From assembly GCF_037042905.1 (NCBI RefSeq), contig NC_087245.1, positions 24,678,001 to 24,742,000 on the forward strand: 64,000 nt of DNA, given 5' to 3'. The stretch is from Lytechinus pictus. Lineage: Eukaryota. Shown here piece by piece: positions 1 to 12,824 of the stretch (position 1 is the stretch's first letter; the number at the start of each line of letters is the position of its first letter). The position numbers were made by a program, and so were the translations under genes. A model generated the notes under the pieces. The model was not told the DNA's origin, did no database searches, and saw only the letters and a list, made by a program, of their open reading frames with translations.

Positions 1-3000
1 ACGAAATAGAGGAATGTAGAATCTAGTTTTGAGAAAAAGTCATGTCCCATAGAGATTACACGTAAAATGAGGAAAAATGACATGCCTCTTTTCATCGCAA
101 TTTTACACCATGATGCGTTTTTCAAAATGAAAATTCATGGTTACTGACGAGAAAGAGTACATTCTAATCTACGACATATCGAAATCTGGGCGACAAATGA
201 TCAATATTCACGGAGTTATGATCAAATTTGCATAAATTTGATGACGTCATTTTTGAAAAAATGAAATTTTCAGTTTAGGCGCAATTTTGATGACGTCATG
301 ATCAAATTGAGGGACAATGGTGACATAAAATCAAATTTACAACTCATACTCTATCGATATATGAAAAAAAATTGGGGGTCAACGGACTATTTAAAGAGCT
401 ACAGTGAATTTTTATTAGGCATGTTTTTGCCCATATATGGCCTATAGTAAGAGCTCGCGCGCACACGTGCTGCAAACTTTAACGGGTGTTAATTTCGTTA
501 TTAATGGTCGTAGAAGGTTGATCAAGGTATAAAATTGCTCAGAATTATATTATCAATGCAATGATATAAAAAAATGGCGTTTCTGCGTTGCGTTGAAGGC
601 GTTACGCGCGGAAACGCGCGCGCATACGTGTGCGTGCGCAAATTTTTGAAATGCTTGAAATGACCTGAAACGTACTTTACTTTGGTCAAAAAGTGATTTT
701 GAGCATTTTAAAAATTTGACGAGCGCGTACGCGCGCGTCGTGACCTCCAGGTGACCTTTGATGACATGACCTGTTGACCCTTGACCTGAAGTTGATGTGA
801 TGTTAATTTGATCGATTTTTAATTATTGATAATGGAGATATGATCGACAATGTGATTTTACAAAATGGCGCCTGGATGACGTCATCATGACCTGATGACC
901 TTGACAAAGTTGATTTTACTTGAAATCATAGAGCTTGATGACTGACAGAAATTTGAAGGAAATTGACCATGTCGATTTCGAGTGAACGTGTGTACAAAAA
1001 AGTGTACGGAAGAAATAAAAATTCTGGCGAAATCAATAGGTGATCTGTCGTTGACAGACCACCTAATAAAGAAGAAAGAATTGAGCTAGAGTATTTCCCA
1101 TAGACTTTACACGTAAGGAAAATACGAGAATATCCAATCCAATTTTGCAAGTGAAATACGGGCATGATCCCGGCATCTGATCGAAAAGATAGGGTGACAT
1201 TTTCGAAAGCTTAGAATCTCAGCTACAACATACTAAAAGCTCAGGAAAAACTGACAAGAAGAAATGGAGATATGGCTCACGAAATAGAGGAATGTCGAAT
1301 CTAGTTTTGAGAAAAAGTCATGTCCCATAGAGATTGCACGCAAAATGAGGAAAAATGACATGTCTTTATTATTTGCAATTTTTGAGGATGATCCGTTCAT
1401 TAAAATGAAAATTGAAGGCAATAATTCAGAAAGAGTAAGACTTAAGCTACAACATATCGAAAAATGGGCGAAAATTGACCAATATTCACGGAGTTAGAGC
1501 CTAATTTGCATAATTGTTATGACGTCATAACAAGGAAAATGGATATTTTAACTTCCGATGCCATTTTGATGATGTCATGATCGAATTGAGGGACAATGGA
1601 GACATGAAATCAAATTTACAACTCATACTCTATCGATATATGAAAAAAAATTGGGGGTCAACGGACTATTTAAAGAACTACAGTGAATTTTTAATAGGCA
1701 TGTTTTTGCCCATATATGGCCTATAGTAAGAGCTCGCGCGCACACGTGCTGCAAACTTTAACGGGTGTTAATTTCGTTATTAATGGTCGTAGAAGGTTGA
1801 TCAAGGTATCAAATTGCTCAGAATTATATTATCAATGCAATGATATAAAAAAATGGCGTTTCTGCGTTGCGTTGAAGGCGTTACGCGCGGAAACGCGCGC
1901 GCATACGTGTGCGTGCGCAAATTTTTGAAATGCTTGAAATGACCTGAAACGTACTTTATTTTGGTCAAAAAGTGATTTTGAGCATTTTAAAAATTTGACG
2001 AGCGCGTACGCGCGCGTCGTGACCTCCAGGTGACCTTTGATGACATGACCTGTTGACCCTTGACCTGAAGTTGATGTGATGTTAATTTGATCGATTTTTA
2101 ATTATTGATAATGGAGATATGATCGACAATGTGATTTTACAAAATGGCGCCTGGATGACGTCATCATGACCTGATGACCTTGAAAAAGTTGATTTTACTT
2201 GAAATCATAGAGCTTGATGACTGACAGAAATTTGAAGGAAATTGACCATGTCGATTTCGAGTGAACGTGTGTACAAAAAAGTGTACGGAAGAAATAAAAA
2301 TTCTGGCGAAATCAATAGGTGATCTGTCGTTGACAGACCACCTAATAAAGAAGAAAGAATTGAGCTAGAGTATTTCCCATAGACTTTACACGTAAGGAAA
2401 ATACGAGAATATCCAATCCAATTTTGCAAGTGAAATACGGGCATGATCCCGGCATCTGATCGAAAAGATAGGGTAACATTTTCGAAAGCTTAGAATCTCA
2501 GCTACAACATACTAAAAGCTCAGGAAAAACTGACAGGAAGAAATGGAGATATGGCTCACGAAATAGAGGAATGTCGAATCTAGTTTTGAGAAAAAGTCAT
2601 GTCCCATAGAGATTGCACGCAAAATGAGGAAAAATGACATGTCTTTATTATTTGCAATTTTTGAGGATGATCCGTTCATTAAAATGAAAATTGAAGGCAA
2701 TAATTCAGAAAGAGTAAGACTTAAGCTACAACATATCGAAAAATGGGCGAAAATTGACCAATATTCACGGAGTTAGAGCCTAATTTGCATAATTGTTATG
2801 ACGTCATAACAAGGAAAATGGATATTTTAACTTCCGATGCCATTTTGATGATGTCATGATCGAATTGAGGGACAATGGAGACATGAAATCAAATTTACAA
2901 CTCATACTCTATCGATATATGAAAAAAAATTGGGGGTCAACGGACTATTTAAAGAACTACAGTGAATTTTTAATAGGCATGTTTTTGCCCATATATGGCC

Positions 3001-3624
3001 TATAGTAAGAGCTCGCGCGCACACGTGCTGCAAACTTTAACGGGTGTTAATTTCGTTATTAATGGTCGTAGAAGGTTGATCAAGGTATCAAATTGCTCAG
3101 AATTATATTATCAATGCAATGATATAAAAAAATGGCGTTTCTGCGTTGCGTTGAAGGCGTTACGCGCGGAAACGCGCGCGCATACGTGTGCGTGCGCAAA
3201 TTTTTGAAATGCTTGAAATGACCTGAAACGTACTTTACTTTGGTCAAAAAGTGATTTTGAGCATTTTAAAAATTTGACGAGCGCGTACGCGCGCGTCGTG
3301 ACCTCCAGGTGACCTTTGATGACATGACCTGTTGACCCTTGACCTGAAGTTGATGTGATGTTAATTTGATCGATTTTTAATTATTGATAATGGAGATATG
3401 ATCGACAATGTGATTTTACAAAATGGCGCCTGGATGACGTCATCATGACCTGATGACCTTGAAAAAGTTGATTTTACTTGAAATCATAGAGCTTGATGAC
3501 TGACAGAAATTTGAAGGAAATTGACCATGTCGATTTCGAGTGAACGTGTGTACAAAAAAGTGTACGGAAGAAATAAAAATTCTGGCGAAATCAATAGGTG
3601 ATCTGTCGTTGACAGACCACCTAA
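1..3624. repeat. Head-to-tail tandem array of a 1279-bp unit (partial 1-1066, 1067-2345, 2346-3624), possibly a non-autonomous Helentron/HINE-type element
   Basis: Identical ORF-track entries 1279 bp apart; each unit ends in the hairpin TAGGTGATCTGTC-gtt-GACAGACCACCTA. The array is seen directly; the family is inferred. Confidence 0.85.
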
Positions 3625-3661
3625 AAAGTAAATGTTTACTTATTTAAAACATGCAGGCGCT

Positions 3662-3915
3662 TAACCCTAAATCTCCCGGGGTATTTTGATTCTTGTCATT
3701 CCCGGGGGGGGGGGGGCATTATGGCCCCCCTCAAGATCTTGGCCGCCGATCGCGCGAGCGACGCAAAATTTTGAACGCTGGTAGTGTGCGATGTAATCTA
3801 CAATAATTTGGTCTCAAAATTTGCACGAGACTTAAAAGTAAAAAGTTAGTGAGCGGCGAAGTCAAAAAATTTCGCGCAGCAGATATATCGCGAAAATTGT
3901 CGATAATGGAGGGGT
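3662..3915. mobile_element. Truncated copy of a TTAACC-ended non-autonomous DNA element related to 52927-53545
   Basis: Shared start ttaacc...polyG-cat(t/g)atggccccc...gccgccg.tcgcgcga and internal tggtctcaaa..tgc.cgagactt. Confidence 0.55.
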
Positions 3916-4439
3916 TGAGCTGAATGTGGGAGGGAGTGATCCGGCCCCTAAAAATCACAAATTTATGGACTTCGCGTTTTTGTATACGTTTGCTGAATTT
4001 AGGGGGGGGTGGAATGACGCTTCATACCGACTCCAACGCATCTGTAATTAATTGAACTAGTACAAAGATAGAGACAAAACGGGATACAAATCTTTCATGG
4101 CTAATTTATTACTTTTGTTTTCGGTTGTGAAAAAAATCCAGAACGGTTAAAAAATGAATAAAATGAAAGAACAAAATAAAACACTTAGATGCTAAAATTT
4201 CAATAGATAAAAATGATTTACTTTCTCTCATTGTGACGAACAGTAATCGGTAGCATGGTTATTTTGGAGGGAAAACTGAGATAGAAAAATGAAACGTAGA
4301 ACGAGACGAGGAGAGCGTTCCCAGGTAACAAGCCAACGTTGGCTCCACGTTGGAAACTTGAAAGTCGTTGGACGTTGGGAAAACTTGATGGATTAACGTT
4401 GAATCGACGTTGGAAACTAGTTTGATGGAAAGATGATGG

Positions 4440-5900
4440 ACAATCAACAATGACACGACGTTGGCAACGTTGGAAACTTGTTAGTCGGAGAGTTGTTGGA
4501 CAGTCGACAATGTCACAACGTTGGAAACACGTTTGATTGGATAGTTGTTGAACAGCCAGCAAAGGCACAACGTTGGCAACGTTGGAAACTAGTTCGCTGG
4601 AAAGTTGTTGAACAACCGACAGTGGCACAACGTTGACAAAGTTGGAAACTAGTTTGTTGGAGATTTGTTGGACGGTCGACAATGGCACAACGTTGGAGAC
4701 TAGTAAGTTGGAGAGTTGTTGGACAGTCGACAATGTCACAACGTTGGAGACACGTTTGATTGGATAGTTGTTGACAGCCAGCAAAGACACAACGTTGGCA
4801 ACGTTGGAAACTAGTTCGCTGGAAAGTTGTTGAACAACCGACAATGGCACAACGTTGACAAAGTTGGAAACTAGTTTGTTGGAGATTTGTTGGACGGTCG
4901 ACAATGGCACAACGTTGGAGACTAGTAAGTTGGAGAGTTGTTGGACAGTCGACAATGTCACAACGTTGGAGACACGTTTGATTGGATAGTTGTTGACAGC
5001 CAGCAAAGACACAACGTTGGCAACGTTGGAAACTAGTTCGCTGGAAAGTTGTTGAACAATCAACAATGACACGACGTTGGCAACGTTGGAAACTTGTTAG
5101 TTGGAGAGTTGTTGGACAGTCGACAATGGCACAACGATGGAAATTAGTAGGTTGGAGATTAGTTGGATAGTCAACGATGACACAAGGTTGGCAACGTTGG
5201 AAACTAGTTCGATGGAAAGTTGTTGAACAACCAACTATGGCACAACGTTGTCAAAGCTAGAAACTAGTTCGATGGAGATTTGTTGGATAGTCGACGATGG
5301 CACAACGTTGGAAACTGGTAGATTGGAGATTAGTTAGATAGTATACAATGACACAACGTTGATAAAGCTGGAAACTAGTTAGATGGAAAGTTGTTGAACA
5401 ACTGACACTGGCACAACGTTGGAAACTGGTAGATTGGAGATCAGTAGGATAGTCGACGATGACACAACGTTGGCAACGTTGGAAAGTTGTTGAACAACAG
5501 ACAAAGGCACAACATTGGAAACTAGTGTGTTGGAGATTTGTTGGACAGCCAACAACGTCACAACGTTGGAAACGCGTGTTTGATTGGATAGGTGTTGAAC
5601 AGCCAACAAAGGCACAGCGTTGACTACGTCGGAAACTAGTTCGATGGAGAGTTGCTGAACAACCGACAAAGGAACAACGTTGGAAACTATTTTCTTGGAG
5701 ATTTGTTGGACAGTCGACAATGGCACAACGTTGACAAAGTTGGAAACTAGTTTGATGGAGAGTTGTTGAACAACGGACAATGGCACAACGTGGACAGCGT
5801 AATTGGAATAGTTTATTGGACAGTTAACATTGACACAATGTTGGAAACTATAGTTTGTTGGATATTTGTTTGACAGTCAACATAATATCCTGGCATAATA
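4440..5900. repeat. CAACGTTG-based minisatellite with a 222-bp higher-order period
   Basis: AGTTCGCTGGAAAG recurs at 4591, 4813 and 5035; monomers of about 41-50 bp. Confidence 0.85.
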
Positions 5901-6976
5901 TACACAGTGTTGAGAACGTTAGAAACTGGTTCATTGGAGAATTGATAATTGATAAAGTTGGCGGAGTACAGCAAGTCTGCATATGCCGACTTAACCCAAG
6001 ACAAGACAAGACTACTGGCATAATTTCCAATGGGGCCAAGGGGGGGGGGGGTCGATCAAGTAAGTTTGCTTGTCTATCCATGTCACCCTTGGTATCCCCC
6101 AGCAATAAGGGGAAAAGAAATCGAGAGAGAAGGAAAATAATGGGAAGGGAAAGAGGAACTAAAACTAAGTCTAAGGGGAAAACAAAAATAAAGATGGGGT
6201 AGAATAGAGAGGCTGCATGCACCTGCATGGGGATGCAAATTAATGTGTCGATTAATATAGAAAATAAAGAAGAAAAACAAGAAAAAAAATGTAGTTCAAG
6301 ACCAGAATTTCCAGAAACGCCCTCGTCGATCCTTTGCAGCTGGCAAGGCCTTTCACAGTAAGTACGAGATATGTCATAGGCCTACCGTACCGTCACATAA
6401 CTAGAAGAAATTGAAGAAGGAAATACAAGCATCAAATGTGCCTATTTAAAAATACCATACTATTCTGATGCGCAGAATTAGTCGCGACGTCGGACTCCTT
6501 CTGTCATGTCTGTGTAGTCTGCTTCCTTCAATTTTGAACTTGAAGAATCTGGCAGAATTTGGACTGGATAGTGGATATAGATAAGTAAATTCCAGAATAT
6601 CTAGTGATCTGGAACAGTACTTATAAGCTGTATATTTAGGACCTACAATCTACAGTTGAATTTTCTTTGCACTTGCAGATAATCGGTAACTGCAACCATT
6701 GATCCCCTCCGAAAGATCCCGGAGTCAGCTTCTGTGTGCGTACAGTCCGACGCTATAATATTCGTGTACTGTAAGTAGTAGTAAAGTAGTACTTAACACC
6801 AGTCACTGCACAGTATAACATACTAACTAACCTCGTAATTAGCTTGTGTGAGTGACTAATACTAACCTCGCAATACGTGTGAGTGGGAACGAGTATGCGA
6901 TACCAATGGCAAGGCAACAGTCATTGGATGATTTTCAAAATTCAAGTACGTACAGTGTTGAAATCTGGTGTTGGTG

Positions 6977-7590
6977 TAACCCAGAGAGCTCCGGCCCGCG
7001 TAGCGGGCCGGAGCCCAGACGCTCAGTGTGCAAACGGGCATTCAGGTGAGAGTACCGTGAAGTTTGGTCAAAATCATTTTAATAATAAATAATTAAAACA
7101 GAAATTAAGCACTTACCACGATTGTATGGATGATAGTCTAACGAGTGGCAGTTTCCTGACATCGAGGCACAGACTGGAACCTCAAAAAACGATAAGTTCT
7201 GTCGCGGTAGCTCTCCTCTTTCAGAATTCAACACAAAATGGCCGATCGAGACCGAGGCTAGTATAGCACTAGCGCATATAGACTTTGTCAAATTCGCGCA
7301 TGCGCCCTACACCCTCTCGAACGGCCATTTTGCTATGAATTCTGAAAGAAGGAGAGCCACCGCGACAGAACTTATCGTTTTTTGAGGTTCCAGTCTGTGC
7401 CTCGATGTCAGGAAACTGCCACTCGTTAGACTATCATCCATACAATCGTGGTAAGTGCTTAATTTCTGTTTTAATTATTTATTATTAAAATGATTTTGAC
7501 CAAACTTCACGGTACTCTCACCTGAATGCCCGTTTGCACACTGAGCGTCTGGGCTCCGGCCCGCTACGCGGGCCGGAGCTCTCTGGGTTA
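6977..7590. mobile_element. Palindromic (foldback) MITE, TAACCCAG termini, 9-bp TSD GTGTTGGTG
   Basis: Arms of about 270 bp are near-perfect reverse complements; TSD at 6968-6976 and 7591-7599. Confidence 0.9.
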
Positions 7591-7765
7591 GTGTTGGTGT
7601 AACCCAGGCACCCAAGGGTTCATTACATGCCGCCGCGCACAGAAAAATCAAGCCATAGAAGTCGTGTGTTGTGGACCCAAGAAGTGAGATCCCAGCACGT
7701 GCGACCCACTAGTAAGAAATCCACTGCCAAACGCGGTTCGTGGTGCGAGGTTAGTATACTAATAC

Positions 7766-8307
7766 CCCGGGGGGGGCACTCAGTATATAATGCATAGTGG
7801 GTATGTGCCGCGGAGGGGACCCCCATTTTTACACTCAAATTTCCGTTCCAAGGCATAGCATTTTTGTCTTTTTGAGAAAAAGAACAAAGAAAGCCGCTCC
7901 AAGGCATAGCATTTCCTTCTTATCGAGAAAAAAGAAGAAAGAAATCCGTTCCAAAGCTTCGCATATTTTTCGTTACGCCGTTCCGGTCGCATTGATCTGC
8001 TACAAGGAGCTGCAATTTTGGTGAAAAGCGGCCGTAGAGCGCTTTTCGACCATCGCCTAAGCGCGAGCGCACCCGGCGGAGGCCGCGCTAGCTGCGTCAT
8101 GCACGATTGCCCGTTCCATAGGAATGCATACGCACTCACAGAGATACGGAGATCCGTTCCGAGGACCCCCATTTTCACAAACATTTGTAGTTCCGAAGCC
8201 CGTTCCGAGGACCCTCCTTTTTACAATAAGCCCGCTCCAAGGCCCCCGTTTTTTGCCTCGCCCGCGGCACACCCCTACCACTTTTTTGGTCGAGTGCCCC
8301 CCCCGGG
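7766..8307. mobile_element. MITE with CCCGGGGGGG-GCACTC terminal inverted repeats, 8-bp TSD ACTAATAC
   Basis: TIRs visible at both ends; TSD at 7758-7765 and 8308-8315. Confidence 0.88.
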
Positions 8308-8338
8308 ACTAATACTAACCTGGCAATACGTGTGAGTG

Positions 8339-8980
8339 TAACCCAGGGAGCTCCGGCCCGCTGTGCGGGCCGGAGCCCAGGGGCTTACCGTGTAATTCAC
8401 CATACCCACGGTAGTAGCATGAAGTATGGTCTAAATAATTATCCGAATAAATAGTTAAAACAGAAATTAAGCACTTACCACGATTATATGGATGAAGGTC
8501 TAACGAGTGGCAGCTTCCTGACATCGAGGCACAGACTGGAACCTAAAAAAACGAAAAGTTCTGTGGCGGTAGCTCTCCTCTTTCAGAATTCAAAACAAAA
8601 TGGCCGATTGAGACCGAGACTAATAGCACTAGTGCATTAGTATACATCTCTATGATATAGACTTTGTCAAATTCGCGCATGCGCCCTACACCCTCGGTAC
8701 CGGTCTCGAACGGCCATTTTGCTATGAATTCTGAAAGAAGGAGAGCTACCGCGACATAACTTTTTCGTTTTTTGAGGTTCCAGTCTGTGCCTCGATGTCA
8801 GGAAGCTGCCAATCGTTAGACCTTCATCCATATAATCGTGGTAAGTGCTTAATTTCTGTTTTAACTATTTATTCGGATAATTATTTAGACCATACTTCAC
8901 GCTACTACCGTGGGTATGGTGAATTACACGGTAAGCCCCTGGGCTCCGGCCCGCTGAGCGGGCCGGAGCTCCCTGGGTTA
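8339..8980. mobile_element. Second palindromic MITE of the TAACCCAG family
   Basis: Long inverted arms homologous to 6977-7590; followed by GTGTTGGTG at 8981-8989. Confidence 0.88.
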
Positions 8981-11900
8981 GTGTTGGTGTTGTGACAACA
9001 CCGTACTTGAATCAGGCTGGTGTTAAGATTGACCTCGGAAAATATGGTGTATTTCCGGCAGTTTGTGTTGAAGGCTGGTGTTGATTGTCATCTGCTGAAC
9101 CCAACACTGCACTGTGGCTGCATGGTGTTGATGATCTACAAGCAATTTCCCCATTCAGCAACACCGACGTACCCCAGGGATTGGGAGAATCGTGATTTAA
9201 AGTTCAGTGTTGGTGTTGATGAACTGTAGCTATTACGAACAGGGGGCGAACACGACGAACCATCTCCGTAAAATTATCTTTTACATTTAAGATGAGAGCA
9301 AATCATTAGAGTTTTAATACATTTCAATGAAAAATAATATTACGCTTGGTGTTGGAGCTCAGTTCAGCAGCCCTTTCACGCTCTCAACACCGTACACCGT
9401 ACTTGAAATCACCCAAATGACTTGCTACCTGGCATTCCTGCCTTATTTATTATACGCTGCCTTGAATTGACTTGGTCGGTCCTGCCTGGCCTAGCCTGGA
9501 CCGAGTGTTTTCCAACTGCTGTCAAACCTGTAGTTGCTATGTGAGGCATGCTACACTTGACGCTGAAATATCATTTAATAGTTATGGCACGAGCGAGACT
9601 AGGCCATGGCCATGGATATTGAGATATCAGTTGACTTCTATCTTAATCAAAAAGAGGCACTCTTTAGTTACAGTAGGCAGTAGCTACGTTACTCTGAGTG
9701 AGGCCAAGTTACGCGACCTCCTTTTTTGATTTTGTAAATACTGAGAGACTGCAATTACACATGTGAGTTTTTGTGATGATTACTGACGTTGCAATTGGCA
9801 TTGCATACCGAGTCATTAAACAATTGTAGACAGAAACAGAGATTGCAACTCGCAAGAAAATGTAATACATCTTAATTTTTATTACATATGCATATGTTTT
9901 TTTGGTATTAGTCTTGTTTGAGAAAAAGAGGATGTCAAAAAAGTTTGAATGCTACAAAGGCCTCAATAAATATCACACGTAATTATCTTGATTTCTCTTA
10001 ATTATGTGAAGAGACTTGTAACAGAAAGAATGAAAAGAAATGAATAGCTGTAATAATAGTTGTAATGTTTTTTGATAGAATCATGAACAGATTACAGATG
10101 ATGATGGCACAGTGTTGAAAACTGTTTGATGGAGATGGCGCATCGTTGGATTTGTTTAGAATTAGACCAACAAAGAATCAACGTTACAACAAAATTTTAC
10201 CGATATTAGACAAACATTGAATCAACGTTTACGCCAACGTTGGACTAACATTGGACTAAAGTTGAATCAACTTTCCATCAACATTGGACCAACATTATAC
10301 CAACGTTGGATCAACGTCACCCAACGTTGGACCAACATTGGACCAACGCTGCCATACCTGCCTCATCTGGACAATGATTATGCACTCATGAATATTCATT
10401 ACATCAGTAAATGACCAAAATTTTAGGTAATATTGCTATAATAATTAGAGTATTTATGTTTATTCAATATTTCCACCATGAAAAGTTTCAGAAAAGTATG
10501 TGGCTCCATTACCATATCATATATAATCAAAACATATTATTCTAAGTGAAATATTCAAGGTTAAGTGTGGAAAATGATATTAACTGTATTCTGCCAAGTA
10601 TAGCAAAGTTGCTCTATATATAGGAGTCAATGACAGGTAACAGTGGATAGGTGTAGGATGATAGGAATAGGATATAGGATTAGGATGTAGGATTTTAGGA
10701 TAGGATAAGACATATGATGATAAAGATTTGAGTGTAGAGTTGTAATGGTGGACTTCACCTTGAAACCAATTAATGTTTTGTTAATTACTGCCATACGTTG
10801 GAATAACGTTGGAGCAATGTTGGAGCAACGTTGTGACAACGTTGTAACAATGTTGGAGCAATGTTGCCAGACAACGTTGGAGCATTGTTGCTGGACAGCG
10901 TTGAACCAACGTTGTAAACATAGTTGGACTGACGATGTATGCAAGTGCACGTCCATCGCTGCTTCAACGTTGCCCATCAACGTTGCAGCAACGCTGTTAT
11001 TGATGACTCAGCCGACATTATACCAACGTTGGAGCATTGATGGTGGACAACGTTGAACTGACGTTGGAAATGTTGTTGGTCTGACGATGTATGGACGTGC
11101 ACTTCTATCGATGATACAACGTTGCTTACCAACGTTGTAGCAATGTTGTATTTGACTATTTAGCCAACATTAGATCAACGTTGCCAGACAACGTTGAAAC
11201 ATTGTTGCTGGACAACGTTGAACTAACGTTGGAAATGTTGTTGGTCTGACGATGTATGCGCGTGCACTTCTATCGATGATGCAACGTTGGCCTGCCAACG
11301 TTGAGGCAACGTTGGGAAAAAAATTCCCAACGTTGATCCAACGTTGGTCCAACGCTGTATTGTTACCTGGGTTGGGAGGTATGATTTCAGATTTGAGTCA
11401 CATTTACACCCTTCGCTCTTTGAAATTGCAACAGGAAAACAAATCGAACACTGGTATGCAATCTTCAGGAACAAAATTATTTTTTATTACAAACTGTAAT
11501 TTATGAAAAGAAGAAACCAAAGGCGATTTTTAGTGAAACATTGAGGCCACCGTCTTGAAGCCCAGAAGCCAAAAATCACAAAATAGTTTCGGACTTTCGT
11601 TGCGCAGCATCATCATCGTACTTGCAAGGGAATATATTCACCCTTTTTTATTCATTCTGGAAAATAAAGGTATTTGGTATGGTGTGATTTCACCAAAAAC
11701 GGATTATCGTCGTAATTATACACTTTGCAAATGATCTGAATACAAGGGGGTAAAGAGACCATTCATGAGTAGCGTTACAATAGGCAAAGAAAAAAGCACT
11801 AGAGCAGACAACAAAGCGGTATCGATCGAACCCGACTTGTCCGCGCGTGCTGATTGCCCTTACGCATTTTTGTACACAGTGCCTATTGACTTGGGAAAAA

Positions 11901-12522
11901 GCGAAGATTTGACAAAATAACACGACTTTTTGCTCGTAAATTTCTTAACTATTCTGTCGATTTGAGAAGCGAGACCTTTAATTCTAGAAAGAAAAATGTC
12001 TGATCTTTCATCTTTACATTTACTAAAAATCCTGAAAATACTTCAGTTTGGCGCAATTAGCAATAGATTAGGAAAACACCGCCACAGATCCAAATACTAG
12101 CAATGTACAAAAACGGCTCCGCCGCAGGGAGAGGTATCCGGTTTCGCGGGCCCGCACGCAAAGGGATATTTTCACTGGGATTTGACTTGCAACTATATCA
12201 TCATCATTGTCATCATGTGTTAAAAAAAACTTATAGACTAAATATGACTAGAGAACGGAACTACATAGACGGATGCAACAGCCAAAACTACAACAGCCCA
12301 AATTTAATGAAAACTTTAATTAATGTTGTGAACAAAAAACATAAATACAATATCTCGTTGTAAGGTTTGATCATGTTAAAATGTGTGATCGTGTTAGAGA
12401 GACGTTTTATTATGATTCCGAGTTTGTAAAGGGGGAGTAGTATTTTTAAACAGACAAGCATTGATCTTTGAGAGTAGTTGAATTGCCATGAAAAATATAA
12501 TATTGTATTCTTCTTCTAACAG

Positions 12523-12824
12523 ATTATGATTTCACACGACCAGTTTTCGTCGAACCCAAATCAATAACCAATAAACGAAGCGTAGATTCAGAACCAGTCT
12601 CGAATCCAAACCCTGAAGTGAAGTTCAACGCGTTTGGCCAAGTCTACCATGTTCGTCTCCAACCAAACCGCTGGTTACTAAGACAAGGTTTAGTCGTTGA
12701 ACGAGTAGCTGCAGATGGAACGGTTACAGAAGAAGAGATACACGATCGGGATTGTTATTACTTTGCTCACCTATTATCTCATAGTAGTGAATCTGCTGGT
12801 GCTCTCAGTACATGTAACGGACTG
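12523..12824 (+). CDS. ADAMTS exon: reprolysin (M12B) propeptide
   Basis: ttctaacAG acceptor, ctg|GTAAGA donor; YDFTRPV...KFNAFGQVYHVRLQPN...DCYYFAHL...GALSTCNGL matches the ADAM/ADAMTS prodomain pattern. Confidence 0.9.

Larger units (their letters stand above)
4320..11371. mobile_element. 7-kb non-autonomous DNA transposon with CCCAGGTAACAA termini and CAACGTTG subterminal arrays (CMC/EnSpm-like by inference)
   Basis: tt|CCCAGGTAACAA at 4320 and TTGTTACCTGGG|tt at 11371 (2-bp TT flanks); CAACGTTG-rich arrays at 4330-5900, 10190-10350 and 10790-11350. Confidence 0.75.

Noticed and set aside
926..3207. Identical ORFs repeated at a 1279-bp interval
   Set aside because: By-products of the tandem array; no recognisable protein motifs
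4218..5786. 284-aa and 135-aa repetitive ORFs (VSNVV...VQQLS)
   Set aside because: Translations of the CAACGTTG minisatellite in a transposon end
4330..5900. CRISPR-like appearance of regularly spaced palindromic repeats
   Set aside because: Intervening sequences are themselves repeats, there are no unique spacers or cas genes, and the DNA is eukaryotic
6679..6770. Exon-like segment (ttgcAG ... GTAAGT) as the missing ADAMTS first exon
   Set aside because: Lies inside a transposon and encodes no signal peptide
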